This document shows, in pieces, positions 37,458 through 50,255 of a stretch of 54,136 nt of DNA. Source of the DNA: Octopus bimaculoides (taxonomy: Eukaryota); assembly GCF_001194135.2 (NCBI RefSeq), contig NC_068989.1, positions 62,945,444 to 62,999,579 of the forward strand, written 5' to 3'. Under the pieces are notes generated by a model. It made no database searches and was not told the origin of the DNA. It was given only the letters and a program-made list of their open reading frames with translations. Numbering within the stretch: position 1 is the first letter of the stretch; each line of letters starts with the position of its first letter. The translations under genes were made by a program, and so were the position numbers.

Positions 37458-37815
37458 NNNNNNNNNNNNNNNNNNNNNNNNNNNNNNNNNNNNNNNNNNN
37501 NNNNNNNNNNNNNNNNNNNNNNNNNNNNNNNNNNNNNNNNNNNNNNNNNNNNNNNNNNNNNNNNNNNNNNNNNNNNNNNNNNNNNNNNNNNNNNNNNNNN
37601 NNNNNNNNNNNNNNNNNNNNNNNNNNNNNNNNNNNNNNNNNNNNNNNNNNNNNNNNNNNNNNNNNNNNNNNNNNNNNNNNNNNNNNNNNNNNNNNNNNNN
37701 NNNNNNNNNNNNNNNNNNNNNNNNNNNNNNNNNNNNNNNNNNNNNNNNNNNNNNNNNNNNNNNNNNNNNNNNNNNNNNNNNNNNNNNNNNNNNNNNNNNN
37801 NNNNNNNNNNNNNNN

Positions 37816-38639
37816 NGCTAGGTTGGATCTTTGTGATTTGACGGCCAACACTTGTTTTCTTAACGAAACACTTTCAAACTTGGGACACTGGTAGAATGTG
37901 TCATACAAAACAACTTTTTCTCTTAGCCTTCTTAACAAAAAATTGTACATCGCAAGTTATTTCATGTTAAAGTTGTTGTCTTTCTGTAATTTCAACCAAT
38001 CACTGATGTCTATTCAGCTGAATACAGTCAGTGCTCTTTTGTAAACAGCCGGTGTTAAGTGTGTTATTCCCTGTGACATATTTCATCCGGTTTAATCGTA
38101 ATTTATACGCATATATTGTTTATATAATAAATTACGCAGTGCGTATCTGTGTGTGTATATTTTTGCCATAATCTCACTCATAACCCCAACCCTAACCCCA
38201 ACCCTAACGCTAACTCTAAAACCCGAACTCTAACCCTAAACTAGAGTTTGATTTGAAGAAGATTTGGCTTCTATTTCTAGGAAATGAAGCACTTGGTGGA
38301 GGTGCATTAATAATTCTGGTAGCTCCAATAACAAGTGCAGGCAATATTCAAGTATTTCCCTTTGTTTACGAACAATCTAGTTAATCGGAAATGTCAGAAC
38401 TAACGGGGATTAATACCATATACACCGTCACAGCACAAACTGTATTCAACTGAATAGACGTCAGTGATTAGTTGAAATTATCGAAATAAGACAATGTTTA
38501 ACGTGAAATAACTTCGAATACAAAATTTTTTATCTGTTCTATACCACAAAATATACAAGTATACCAAGTTTGAAAGTGTTTCGGTACCAAAAACACTACA
38601 TAAAAAAATGTTGCCCGTCAAATCATAAATGTCTGCTAG
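37816..38639. mobile_element. Non-autonomous element with long imperfect TIRs (~200 bp) and an internal (CCCTAA)-like block
   Basis: The left end 'tttgtgatttgacggccaaca..cgaaacactttcaaacttgg..ccaatcactgatgtctattcagctgaatacag' is the reverse complement of the right end. A telomere-like tract lies at 38181-38240. Confidence 0.75.
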
Positions 38640-39700
38640 ATTAGTTACTCGCTTGGCTCTATGCTCTTTTTTTATATTATTTTTATTATGTTCAACGGAT
38701 TCAGTCGGACTGTAAGAATTTGTAGAATGATCAATATTCATATGTTCCTTGATATTGATGTTCGATTTAGTCTCAATATTTAGTTAAGTTGCTGTTACAG
38801 TCTGTCGACCTTTCCGAGTTTTGAAAAGTAATCTTCTCTTTGTATCTTGCCTTAGATAGAGCTGAGTTATAGAATTATCTAAGCTGTATGTTCAAATAAC
38901 GATTTGCTTATATTTTATTGGCACTTCTTTTAGAAATTTTATACATCTTCATTTTTACCTTATTATAATTTATATACTCTGCACTTCTTTAAATTTTAAT
39001 TTTCTTATTAATCTTATATCTTAATGCATCTCTTCTTACAATTTTATGTAAATTAAATTTTTTTTTACCCATATTTAATTTTTAATTTATCTTGCTGCTA
39101 TAATATTCTAACTACGCTAAATTGTAGTAGTCCCTTTTATTCCCAAGCAATTATTCCCGCTCCTAGTTTAGGGCTTGCCCATATAATCTTTATTTCATTA
39201 TCATTCAAAGTTTTCCTCTACTAATACGGTGATTAATAGAGGTTGGGTCAGCTTTCGTTCTTTTTTCTTTCTTCATAACATCCCTTCCCCATTCCTCATT
39301 TCTCTATTACTACCCTCTGCCTTTCCTATTTGCAAAGATAAAGCCTGTGTATTGCTTCCATCACATACGACGTTGATCATTTAGTAGGTCGATTTGACCA
39401 CAATTCATTTCTTACCACTGACCAGTAGACGTTAAACAACATCTTGATAAATAAATTAATCTAGTCTATACGAGTCGCGCCTTCCTTTCTTGTTAGAAGT
39501 ATAGATATCTGGGTCACTTGAGTCAATTATTTCTTCCCTCTCCCAAAAATTCTACTAACCCATAAACTTCTTTCTTTTGACCAGATATACAATATTCTGG
39601 TAAATCCATTCTGCCAACTGAAATAGTAGCAGAATGAATGTAAATATTTTTGCTATGTTAAATCATTGTGAATGTCCATTGTTTTGACGAAAACGGTTTC
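38640..39700 (-). mobile_element. Possible very old L1/Tx1-like LINE fossil
   Basis: Faint minus-strand motifs GATRID* (like SRID), NDQ (like SDH), KLTQPLL (like KLNSSLL) and DYFSKL occur in the expected order, but they are heavily degenerate. Confidence 0.25.
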
Positions 39701-40012
39701 TTTACAAAGATGTAATGTTTTCATTAATCAACTAAATGAGTCATTGGAAAAGGCCGCATTGGATTGACACCTGTATCTTTCTGTTACTCATTTATATATT
39801 ATTCATCTATCTTGGAATCTGCCCTTCGTACATGTTATGGACAATATATTTAACAAAATGTACATGTCTGAATAGCTAAGAGCAGATTTCTTCACTCAGC
39901 AGGGTCTAACTATCTACATACACTGTAATAATACCATTCGGCTGGTACTTATGTACCAAGTCTGATATTTAATCAAATATTGTTTTAATTCGTTATTATA
40001 TGTATGTATGTA

Positions 40013-40055
40013 TGTGGATGGATGGATGGATGGATGGATGGATGGATGGATGGAT
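40013..40055. repeat. (GGAT)n microsatellite
   Basis: Direct inspection. Confidence 0.95.
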
Positions 40056-40305
40056 GGAACAGAGTGGGCTGCCAAACCCGAAAGCTTCCTGCATAAGATT
40101 TTGAGCCCACAGTGAATCGTGGAATACGTGCCTGAATATACTCCTGTGTGACTTTATGTATACTTTGTTTACTTGGTATATACTTGTAATTGTAAGAAAA
40201 GTCTGTGTTTAAATTTCTAAATACATGAGTGCCCTTACACACTGTTAGTGCACGGGTGCGCTATCCCTACTTTGGTGCCTTAGTTATTTAAATTTTATAA
40301 CATAA

Positions 40306-40450
40306 TCTAATATATATAAATCATAGTATGTGTGTGTATATCGACTAACGTATACATTTCCACAATTCTCAACCGAATTTCACCAAAGTTTACACACACA
40401 CATTACTTATTTCCCTCGGATCGTCATGCACTACAATATTTTAACCGGAG
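40306..40450 (+). mobile_element. Possible non-autonomous Helitron 5' segment
   Basis: Starts TCTAATATATATAAA after an A and contains 'ccgaatttcaccaaagttt.cacacac', a layout I recall from non-autonomous Helitron 5' ends. I see no 3' hairpin or CTAG end. Confidence 0.3.
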
Positions 40451-40499
40451 CTCCCGCATAAATGGACAAACCGGGAAAAACGGTGGTTTACACGGGTTT

Positions 40500-40985
40500 T
40501 TCTCTAATTAAAGTTGTCGTATTTCTGTAATTTCAGCCAATCACTGACTTCTATTCAGCTGAATAGAGTTACTGCTGGGCGGTCATAAAAATGTTATTCC
40601 CTGTGACATTTCATCCGGTTTAATCGTAATTTATACGCATATATTGTTTATATAATAAATTACGCTGTGCGTATCTATGTGTGTAACAATTTTAGAGTTC
40701 GGATTCTGGAGTTAGGGTTAGTTTTAGGATTAGGGTTAGGGTTACGGTTACGGTTAACAGTCTAGTTAGGGTTAGGGGATTAATACGATATACACCGTTA
40801 CAGCGCTAACTGTTTTCAACTGAATAGACGTCAGTCATTAGTAGAAATTATCGAAATAAGAAAATTTTTTACATGAAATAAATTCGAATACAAATTTTTT
40901 TTTCTGTTCTATAACACAAGATAGATAAGTATACGAAGTTTGAAAGTCTTTCGGTACCAAAAACACTACATAAAACATAAATGAA
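40500..40985. mobile_element. Second, left-truncated copy of the long-TIR element, with a (TTAGGG)-like block
   Basis: Same orientation as 37960-38610 in both flanks (e.g. 'catccggtttaatcgtaatttatacgcatatattgtttatataataaattacgc'; 'caactgaatagacgtcagt'). A telomere-like tract lies at 40692-40778. Confidence 0.8.
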
Positions 40986-43900
40986 AACTGGTGCCCCCGT
41001 TTTAAAATAGATCCCATAGTTTTTTTTTTATGTAGGGTCTTCCATACTTTTTAAATCTACATGATCGTATATTGGCATTAGAGAATATTTTAGTGGTTTT
41101 CACATTTTTTATTTATTATATATTTATATGTTTTAATTGTGTATTATTACTTTCTACATTTTTTTTATATATCTGTATTGTGTGTTTTAGAGAATATTAT
41201 AAAAGTGAGAGTTGTCTGTTTATTTCGACTGTTTTCCATACTCTTAAAATCTATAAGGTCAGATATTTGCATTACAGAATATTTTTTAGTTGTTTTCCCA
41301 CTTTTTGGATATATTATTTATTTATATGTTGTAATTGTGTATTATTACTTTTATATTTTTTTATATGTGTATTGGTGTGTAATGTCTGAGTATTTTTGTT
41401 AGAGAATATTATAAAAGTGGAAGGATTATGCCTATTTATTTCGACTGTCCACCTACAATGGTGATTAAACTGACTAGGAGCACTGTACGCGATGAATATC
41501 CAATACCAAACAATCCTAATCTCCATATTTAAAATGCATTAAACTTTGGCAAGCTTACCCTTAGCTATTCTGAGTTACTTGAAAGATGATATTCCCTACC
41601 CACTCTTCTATTTGTTGATACTTTTGTTTACCTACTAATGCTGTTTCACTTTAACAATGCTTATTTGCCCATCCATTATGATATTTCGACTGTTGTCCAT
41701 TGTTTCAAATACGTTTTATCATTGTAGCTCTAGCCTTTTTTAAACAATCACAAGAAATTTCGCTTTCATGTAACACAACTATACTTTGTTCTCATTATCC
41801 GTAATCTACCCCTAACATATTTTAGTAGCTCTACTTTGCATAGCTTGCAAACTTATATGTTCTATGATCATTAACGTGCAACGACTTCTACAATAACCAG
41901 ACTTCAATTTGGTTTTCCGTTCCTAGGTTAATCGGAAACATAAATTGACGTGCTAATCATAAACCTACTCGGTAGTTCGATTATCTGTTGAAACAAATAC
42001 CACCAAAGCAAATTAAACCACCCAAAGTGTGGGTGCGTTTGCTAGTAAACTATAATATATATACGCGCGTATATATTGATAGATAGACAGGCAGACATAT
42101 AGACAGACAGATAGATAGATAGATAGATAGAGAGATAGATAGACAGACAGACAGTGTGTTAGAGTACAGTTTAGGAGGATTTAGTCATGTGGTTATAAAC
42201 ACATAATTTGAGAAAGTAGCTGTTGAGGGTTTATGCAGCTTGTGACAACTAGAGTAGCTTCACTAGCATGAGCTAGCAAATTTATTCTGATGTATAATTC
42301 GAATCGTATTCGCTGTCAATGGGTTCATATATACATATGCAAACATGTTATTACATATATGACTGAGTTTATGTGCATCTTTGTCAGTGTACAATGTATG
42401 AAACCCATTTTCGTTCTAAACATGTTATTGAAACTGTTATTACAGAGATATTTGAGATGATTCAGCAAACCTTCATAGTATTTGCAATTCGATTGAGATC
42501 AATAATTTACCAAACACCACTGACAGTTTATTACGTTCGATGTCATCATCAAATGGCATTTTAATTATTTAATGTGTTTCATTATAGTCATTTTATGGCT
42601 TTAAGATTGGTGTAAAGATACTTTACACTCGGTAAGGTATTAGACACTATCTCGGCAGTTGATAATCTGGACACTTTAAGTTTAGAGTTAAAATCTTGCT
42701 GACAGCGAATAGGAGATTCAATTTCCCATTTTTGCTAATATAAGTATCAAACAATTTGGACATTATTTTTAATTTGACTAAATTGTTAGTCATTTAAATT
42801 TTTCAATGTTAGCTATTTTGCACGAGGTGAGAATACTTTGATCATTTTAGTTATTGTTTCACATTCTCTCTCAATCAACCTTTTCGTGTATTATTCAGTT
42901 TGAATGTGTATATGAAATCATATTTATTCTCACGTATGTGATATTTTGCTCTGCTGTTAATGAGGTTGTATTTAAGTTATGCATTAATGTTAGGTGTCAT
43001 AAGCGCAAATTTATGAAAGGATCTAATCTATGCACTATTTTGAAGAATAATTTCGCCTCAGGTGCTGAACTCTATTCCATAATATGGCTATATCAATTCG
43101 GTTAATGCACTCAGTTTCTCCTATTTAACTTAGTTACATTGTGTTTACATCTTTTCAATTATTTTTGAAGTTGCTATGAATTTGATGAATTTTTCCCAAT
43201 AATGTGTATGCAGTACGGTGTTTCAATGAATAATTTTATGTTTCATAAAGTACTCTGTAAAGAAAATGATTATAAAGGATACGTGTCGATATATACTTTC
43301 ACATGCCTCAAAATGAAATAGACATGGAGGACATGCTATATTCCTGTGCTGTATAGATATGGTACATAATAAAAATGTAGGTAGATATCATTAAACAGCT
43401 ACCCAAAGGCTGAGATTTTAGTAGAATCTATTAACTTTCTCCAAAACACGTTTGAGAACTTAATTGAATGATGTTCTCTGATTTTCTGCACACTAGATAT
43501 TTCGTCCATACCAGAAACTTTCACAAAACGCGTCCCGCAGTAATATGGATATATACGTTAAGTAGCATATTCAGTACCATGGGTAATGGTATTGTTCCCA
43601 ATTCTAATAACTAACTATTGTTAATTATTCTTACAATTATTCTTAATTATTGTTACAATAATATCTGCCGTTTCTCATTCACTCTGGCTAGGTAAGAGTC
43701 TATAAATATACAAATGTAAATAGTTATTTATTAGTTTGCATCCGACTGAACAGATATAGCATATGTTATCGAGGAGAGCAAAAGTGGGCTTGCGGACTAG
43801 TCCGTGGCAATTACATCAAGTGTAAGAACAACAAAGGACTTGTTTTTGCAAGGCATAGCGTCTCAGGTACTATTTTGTTTCCATTTGAGAATTTTCAGTC

Positions 43901-44119
43901 TCTGTCTCTCTTTCTCCCCTCAGTGATGGTTGAATTTAAGATAATTATTTTGTGTCTTGAGTTAGGCGGTACCGATGACTACAAACAAGAATGAAATAGT
44001 ACTATTAATGCGTAAAGACCACAGCAGGAAAATATGAGAAACATCTTTTATTTTATTTAAATAAAAATAAGCGAAAGCATTAATTGAAATTTGGGTCAGG
44101 AATAAAGTATGCAGATAAT

Positions 44120-44243
44120 AATAATAAATAAATAAATAATAATTATTATTATTATAACAATAATAATAATGATAGCAATAATCATAATAACTTTAATAAT
44201 AATGATGATGATGATGATGATGATGATAACGACGACGACGATG

Positions 44244-44278
<35 letters not shown>
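44120..44278. repeat. Compound (AAT)n/(GAT)n/(GAC)n microsatellite
   Basis: Direct inspection. Confidence 0.9.
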
Positions 44279-44279
<1 letters not shown>

Positions 44280-44858
44280 CAAAGATCCTATAGTATTTTA
44301 TGATTCATTGCGACAATGACATATATAATAGGAAACCAATTAATTATACCATTATATATTATCTGAACACTTTCTATCTTTTGAATCAAAATTAGGATAT
44401 CCAGCACTTCTATATAACATGAACTTAAACATTAATTTCAATATAACATAACATCAACATTACTTTCAACAATGATCAATACGATGTGTCTCCACAACTA
44501 TATAATTTTGATTTCATTGCTCCTTCTTACATCCATCTCCCTTCAAAAATATATATAAATATTTTTTTTCCCAACTTTATTACGTATAACATACTGCTCT
44601 ACACAATACAGAACCCTTTACTTTATTTTATTCATAAGTATATCCTTGCATCAACACCTATCGAGCGTGGATATTGAAGTAAATTTTGGTACAAATATTA
44701 ACTTAGTTCCAAGTAATTTTTTAAGTCCATTAATTTTTTAACTTTCCTCTTCTAATTTCCATTTCATTTAATAACACACCCTCTCTCATTAGATCAACAG
44801 AGCATTTATCACCTTTATATTGTTAAGCACTTGATCTCTTACTAGTACACACAAGCAT

Positions 44859-44889
<31 letters not shown>

Positions 44890-44961
44890 NNNNNNNNNNN
44901 NNNNNNNNNNNNNNNNNNNNNNNNNNNNNNNNNNNNNNNNNNNNNNNNNNNNNNNNNNNNN

Positions 44962-44996
<35 letters not shown>

Positions 44997-45139
44997 TCTT
45001 TCCACGTATTTTTTCTACTCATCCATTTCTGTAGAATAGAGTGGCCTGATATTTCACATAACACTTCCATTTTTCATGACCATGCACTAATATACCCTGC
45101 TTGTTGTTCCCTCTGCCTATTGTTCTTCTTTTCTATTTT

Positions 45140-45300
45140 TCCACAGTTTTAGGCTACAGATTCAGTCCCACTTCGTGGAACCGCAGGCAAGTGTTCTCTA
45201 TTGCAATTTTGGATCGACAGAATCATTTTGAGTGGATTTGGTAAACGGAAACTGAAAGAAACCTGTAGTGTATATGTGTTGTGTGTGAGTGTCTACGTTT
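45140..45300 (+). mobile_element. SINE family C, 5' half
   Basis: 'gattcagtcccacttcgtggaaccgcaggcaagtgttctct...gagtggatttggtaaacggaaactgaaagaaacc'. Confidence 0.75.
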
Positions 45301-45686
45301 TTATTTTTGTCTGTGCATATGCGTATGTACATATGGGATATTTTTATGTAGTACATTACACTTTGCAATAAATCTTTTCCACAAAAATGCTATTCCATTA
45401 CAGCACACGTGGTGTGAAATGGCGAATGGTCATTAAGTATTTTAGAAGTACATAAGACCCAAGAAAATATATCTGCAGCTTTCATCTTCGGAATATTGAC
45501 CGCAGCGACGTCAATGAAATGAGATGAAGAAGCTAATGATTAATTTCAGAACAATTTAGCATATGACACATTGCAGAATAGTGATTAAGACCAGAATCCT
45601 TGTATGAACTATATATAAATTGTAAGCGAATATGTAAACACACATACATACATGCATATGTGTGTATACAAATATTTGTGTGTATA

Positions 45687-45754
<68 letters not shown>

Positions 45755-45947
45755 CATATACATATGCATATGCCCATGTGATATACATATGTTTTGTATG
45801 TATTTATGCTTATTTATACATATATATTTGTATGTATATATGTACATATATATATTTATATGCATTCATATATATGTGTGTATGTGCGCGTGCGTGAATG
45901 CGTTTGTGCCTGTGCGTCTGTGTGTAGATCAAATATGAAGTCTACAT

Positions 45948-46300
45948 GATCTATCAAAGGATGTGGTATTCAAGATTAAGAATAATTTCAAGGGTTTTGA
46001 CGTATAGCTGATGCTGAAGATATCAATCGATGCATATAGCGTAAGCTAACTACACTCGATAAAACAGTGACTGAAAATCTCAATAAAACGTAAACGATGA
46101 CAGGCGTGACAATTTGATAGGAACTGGAATACAAAACATTCCTTTTGCAACAACATTCCGATGAAATGTAAGGTTCAGAGAGCATAGCAGTAATAAATCT
46201 CCAGTAATCTATATGTTCTTGTGCACTGGACACCGGTGTCTTATGTAGCAAATACGATCAATAGAAAACATATTCACACTTTGATCTATATAACAAAACC
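45948..46300 (+). repeat. Diverged non-coding direct repeat, copy 2
   Basis: Collinear with 33057-33408 at an offset of about 12,890 bp at both ends. Confidence 0.85.
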
Positions 46301-47233
46301 ATTGCTTTTTGAAGCCTACACACACCGGCTGCTCCGAGCTAAAATCGTTTCGTTCTGATATTTCTGTTCATATACATATATCTTCTTGGTTCCTACACGC
46401 ACAAAAAAATTACATAAACATATGCAAAAGCACACGCAAATATACGTATATCTGTGTCATATATATATATATATATATATATATANNNNNNNNNNNNNNN
46501 NNNNNNNNNNNNNNNNNNNNNNNNNNNNNNNNNNNNNNNNNNNNNNNNNNNNNNNNNNNNNNNNNNNNNNNNNNNNNNNNNNNNNNNNNNNNNNNNNNNN
46601 NNNNNNNNNNNNNNNNNNNNNNNNNNNNNNNNNNNNNNNNNNNNNNNNNNNNNNNNNNNNNNNNNNNNNNNNNNNNNNNNNNNNNNNNNNNNNNNNNNNN
46701 NNNNNNNNNNNNNNNNNNNNNNNNNNNNNNNNNNNNNNNNNNNNNNNNNNNNNNNNNNNNNNNNNNNNNNNNNNNNNNNNNNNNNNNNNNNNNNNNNNNN
46801 NNNNNNNNNNNNNNNNNNNNNNNNNNNNNNNNNNNNNNNNNNNNNNNNNNNNNNNNNNNNNNNNNNNNNNNNNNNNNNNNNNNNNNNNNNNNNNNNNNNN
46901 NNNNNNNNNNNNNNNNNNNNNNNNNNNNNNNNNNNNNNNNNNNNNNNNNNNNNNNNNNNNNNNNNNNNNNNNNNNNNNNNNNNNNNNNNNNNNNNNNNNN
47001 NNNNNNNNNNNNNNNNNNNNNNNNNNNNNNNNNNNNNNNNNNNNNNNNNNNNNNNNNNNNNNNNNNNNNNNNNNNNNNNNNNNNNNNNNNNNNNNNNNNN
47101 NNNNNNNNNNNNNNNNNNNNNNNNNNNNNNNNNNNNNNNNNNNNNNNNNNNNNNNNNNNNNNNNNNNNNNNNNNNNNNNNNNNNNNNNNNNNNNNNNNNN
47201 NNNNNNNNNNNNNNNNNNNNNNNNNNNNNNNNA

Positions 47234-47269
<36 letters not shown>

Positions 47270-48894
47270 TGTATGTATGTATGTATGTGTGTGTCTTATT
47301 TTTCTCAGTTACTCCCTGTCTTTTTCTATAAAGTCTCAACAGAATCATCCTTCCCTCTCTCACCGTTTCTGTGCAATGATTTAAACATATTGGCACTAAC
47401 AACATGCTGTATTAAAACCAAGCGAAACAGAGTTTATTTGACGCGACACACTTTATCACATCACCTGGCAAGATTCGTCTAGATCGTGGTATGCACAACA
47501 AGAAGTTGCATAGTACGATGGAAGGTGGGTTGAAACGATCGTTGGGAACACTAAAGTTTCCCGAATATTCCATTTTCCGCATTTATCATTAATTATATGC
47601 GTGTGCACGTGTGTGCGTTTGTGTGGGGGGATGTGTGTATGGGTGTGTGCGTGTCTGTGTGTGTATATATAACGTATTGTCAAAGAAAAGAGATTGCCAC
47701 CGCCATCATGACGGCTCTATATCTTTGATCTTAGGCGAAGAGACAGGACTGTGTTATCTTTTCAAATGTATATGAATGTATTTAACTGTACCTGTAGCAT
47801 GTCTTTAATTAGAGGAGTTGCACTGTTGAAAGATAAATCAACTTCATATGGATCATATCATTTATGTCAGAATATCAACATAGTTGCAGTTAACATTTTA
47901 ATTGGTCGTACCTGTGATTTATCAGATGTAGTGTACTTATATTACATCAGTACACTTTTTATTGGAAATAAAATGGTATCGGGCTTCGTTTTTGACAGAT
48001 CTCCGTTCTCACAAAAGAAAGCAGACAGAAAATGTGATTGTAGAAAATGTGTAAGTAGAAACAATTATCTTTATATTTTGCATGTATTCTATATTCTGAA
48101 TGTATAATTTTGATAAAAATGTAATAATGCTTACACAAGCTATATTTTATTTCAGAGCAGGCACCTACACACAAGAATATTCAATCACTTATATATTAAA
48201 GTAAACCATTTCGCGAACCATTTGTCCTGGAAACAGCAGAGTAGATAGCAGTGTTAGTATAACTAAATTCGAAATATAAGCAATAAGATTCATAAATGCG
48301 ATTATTCATTTCTTTCGTTTGCCATTGCTTCTAATTTCACAATTCTATTCCAATGAGTAAATCCAACTTAGTAACGGTAGTTATTATAAGAGCGTTATAA
48401 TAATCACGGCACGTAAAGAAATACTCAACTCTTTGAACGATCTACTTTAGCGTAATTTGCCTATTTATCAGAACAAAGCAAATATAGGACTTCTATAAAA
48501 CGCACTATTGTTAAAGTCATCAGCTGAATTTTCGAGCTTGGAATGGAGAAATCCAATAACATTTTTATTTCTTGGTACCATGTCACAACCCCTCTATGCT
48601 TATCATATTCTGCAAATGAGGTACAAGAAAATAAAATAAAACAAAGCTAAAAATGTGAACGTTTCTGACTGGATTTTATACATTTATTTTTTTAGCACTT
48701 GGCGTTTTGTATTTAGAAGAGCAAGGAGACATTATTCATAAAATTGGATGGAACAACTTTAAAAGAAACTACTTTCGGAAATTGCCTATCCAAAGTATCT
48801 TATCATCAAATATTTTACTTAAAATAATATATGTGAGAGAAGGGTTATTTAGTAGATTTTTATATTTCATTATTTGCAATTTTACAGTTTTACA

Positions 48895-50255
48895 ATATTG
48901 ATATAAACTAATACATTCAAGCTATGCGCAGTCATCAGGTTTATGTAGTTACAGTCGTGTTCCACAACTGACAACAGTAGTGGAATGGTAGGTTTTACCC
49001 CTAAAAGACCTCCGATGGGCTCAATCTTACGAACTGTATTTTGACCAATCAGCATGCAGCTTGATTGTCATGGTTTGGTGAGAGCACCAACTAAGTTCTA
49101 ACTGTATTTCCATTAATCAGTATGTGGCTTAGACGTCAATGTTTGGCATGGAAGTATAGGTTTCTTTACTTTGACTGTACCTAAAGGAATAATTTTTGGC
49201 TATATTTTAGAATGTTGTAAGCAGCATTCCTGTTTCCATTGAACTCTGTTGTTACTCCACAACTTTTTACATTTCAATCGAGTCAATATTCCTTTGGTCA
49301 ACATTACTATCATCCTCCCATCGCTTTCATTATTTTTGTTTTCGTAAGTGGTGGTGGTGATAGCAGTAGTAATAGCTGTGGCATTTATTATTATTATCAT
49401 CATTGTCTTTATAATCATCACCGTTACTAAAACTGTTCATTTAGAAGGGGTTTAAATTTATGAATAAAATTATTTTCCCTTAATTTCACTTGTGTAGATT
49501 TCAGAATGTGAATATCATAAATTTTTCTGACCACATGTTGCCAGAGAGTTGCTTAAAGTTATTTCGCGGATATCAGGGCCTCTAATTTGCTGTCGGTGCA
49601 CACGTGAACGTTCCGGCAATGCATTTCCAGTCTGACCAACGTGTATGTCTTCACCAATTGGTCGTTTGGTGCAGTAAATTAAATTTCTACTGTTGAGTTC
49701 ATATTTGCATCTGTAAATATTCTTCCGGTTTATGTGTTCATATATTGACCGATATGCATGAACTTACATGTACCACATCGTTTTGTCATTGCATTTAGAT
49801 ACAATGGCTGATGCATTATTGTTGCTTAGATCAAACTTTGCATTTGTTAATAATTCGGCTTTTACTTAGAATCATAGCCCGATCTGTGATCATATTCTTT
49901 AATTCATTGCTTTGGGCAATGACTGGCAAGTTTGCTTTGGTTATGCTAAATATATTTTGGTGAAACGGATTGTGTGTCACTATAAATGGTATGACCTGTA
50001 CTTGTTTTCCTCCTTTTGGGGTTACTGTAAGTTGTTGTGCGTGTATATCTATAGGACGCTGTATACACTTTTCCATAAGTAGAGACAGGTATTTTTGTTT
50101 GAGCAGAAGTACGAATGCAGGGAAAAATAAGCGTTGTGTTAAGGTTATTAAGGGAAGAAGCAATGTTGATTGAAAGAGAAGTTTGGCAAAGAAGATTAAA
50201 AATTATATTCATTTTACATAATTAGGAAAGGTTTTTTTTAATTACCATTTTTGTG
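48895..50255 (-). mobile_element. Penelope-like element remnant: RT C-terminal region, GIY-YIG endonuclease and 3' terminal region
   Basis: Minus strand gives NIIFNL..., IPFIVTHNPFHQNIFSITKANLPVIAQSNELKNMI (ORF 49831-50163), the CxxxRCxxC-type KCNDK-RCGTCK, and the GIY-YIG signature NLIYCTKRPIGEDIHVGQTGNALPERSRVHRQQIR (~49580-49684). Frameshifted; the ORF remnant ends near 49430. Confidence 0.88.
48903..48944 (-). ncRNA. Decayed minimal hammerhead motif in the Penelope 3' terminal region
   Basis: Minus strand reads AUAAAC-CUGAUGA-CUGCGCAUAGCUU-GAAU-GUAU-U-A-GUUUAU: a perfect 6-bp stem I and CUGAUGA, but GAAA is degraded to GAAU and stem II is broken. Confidence 0.5.

Noticed and set aside
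48515-48545. CUGAUGA and GAAA close together on the minus strand
   Set aside because: Their order and spacing leave no room for stems I and III, so this is not a hammerhead.
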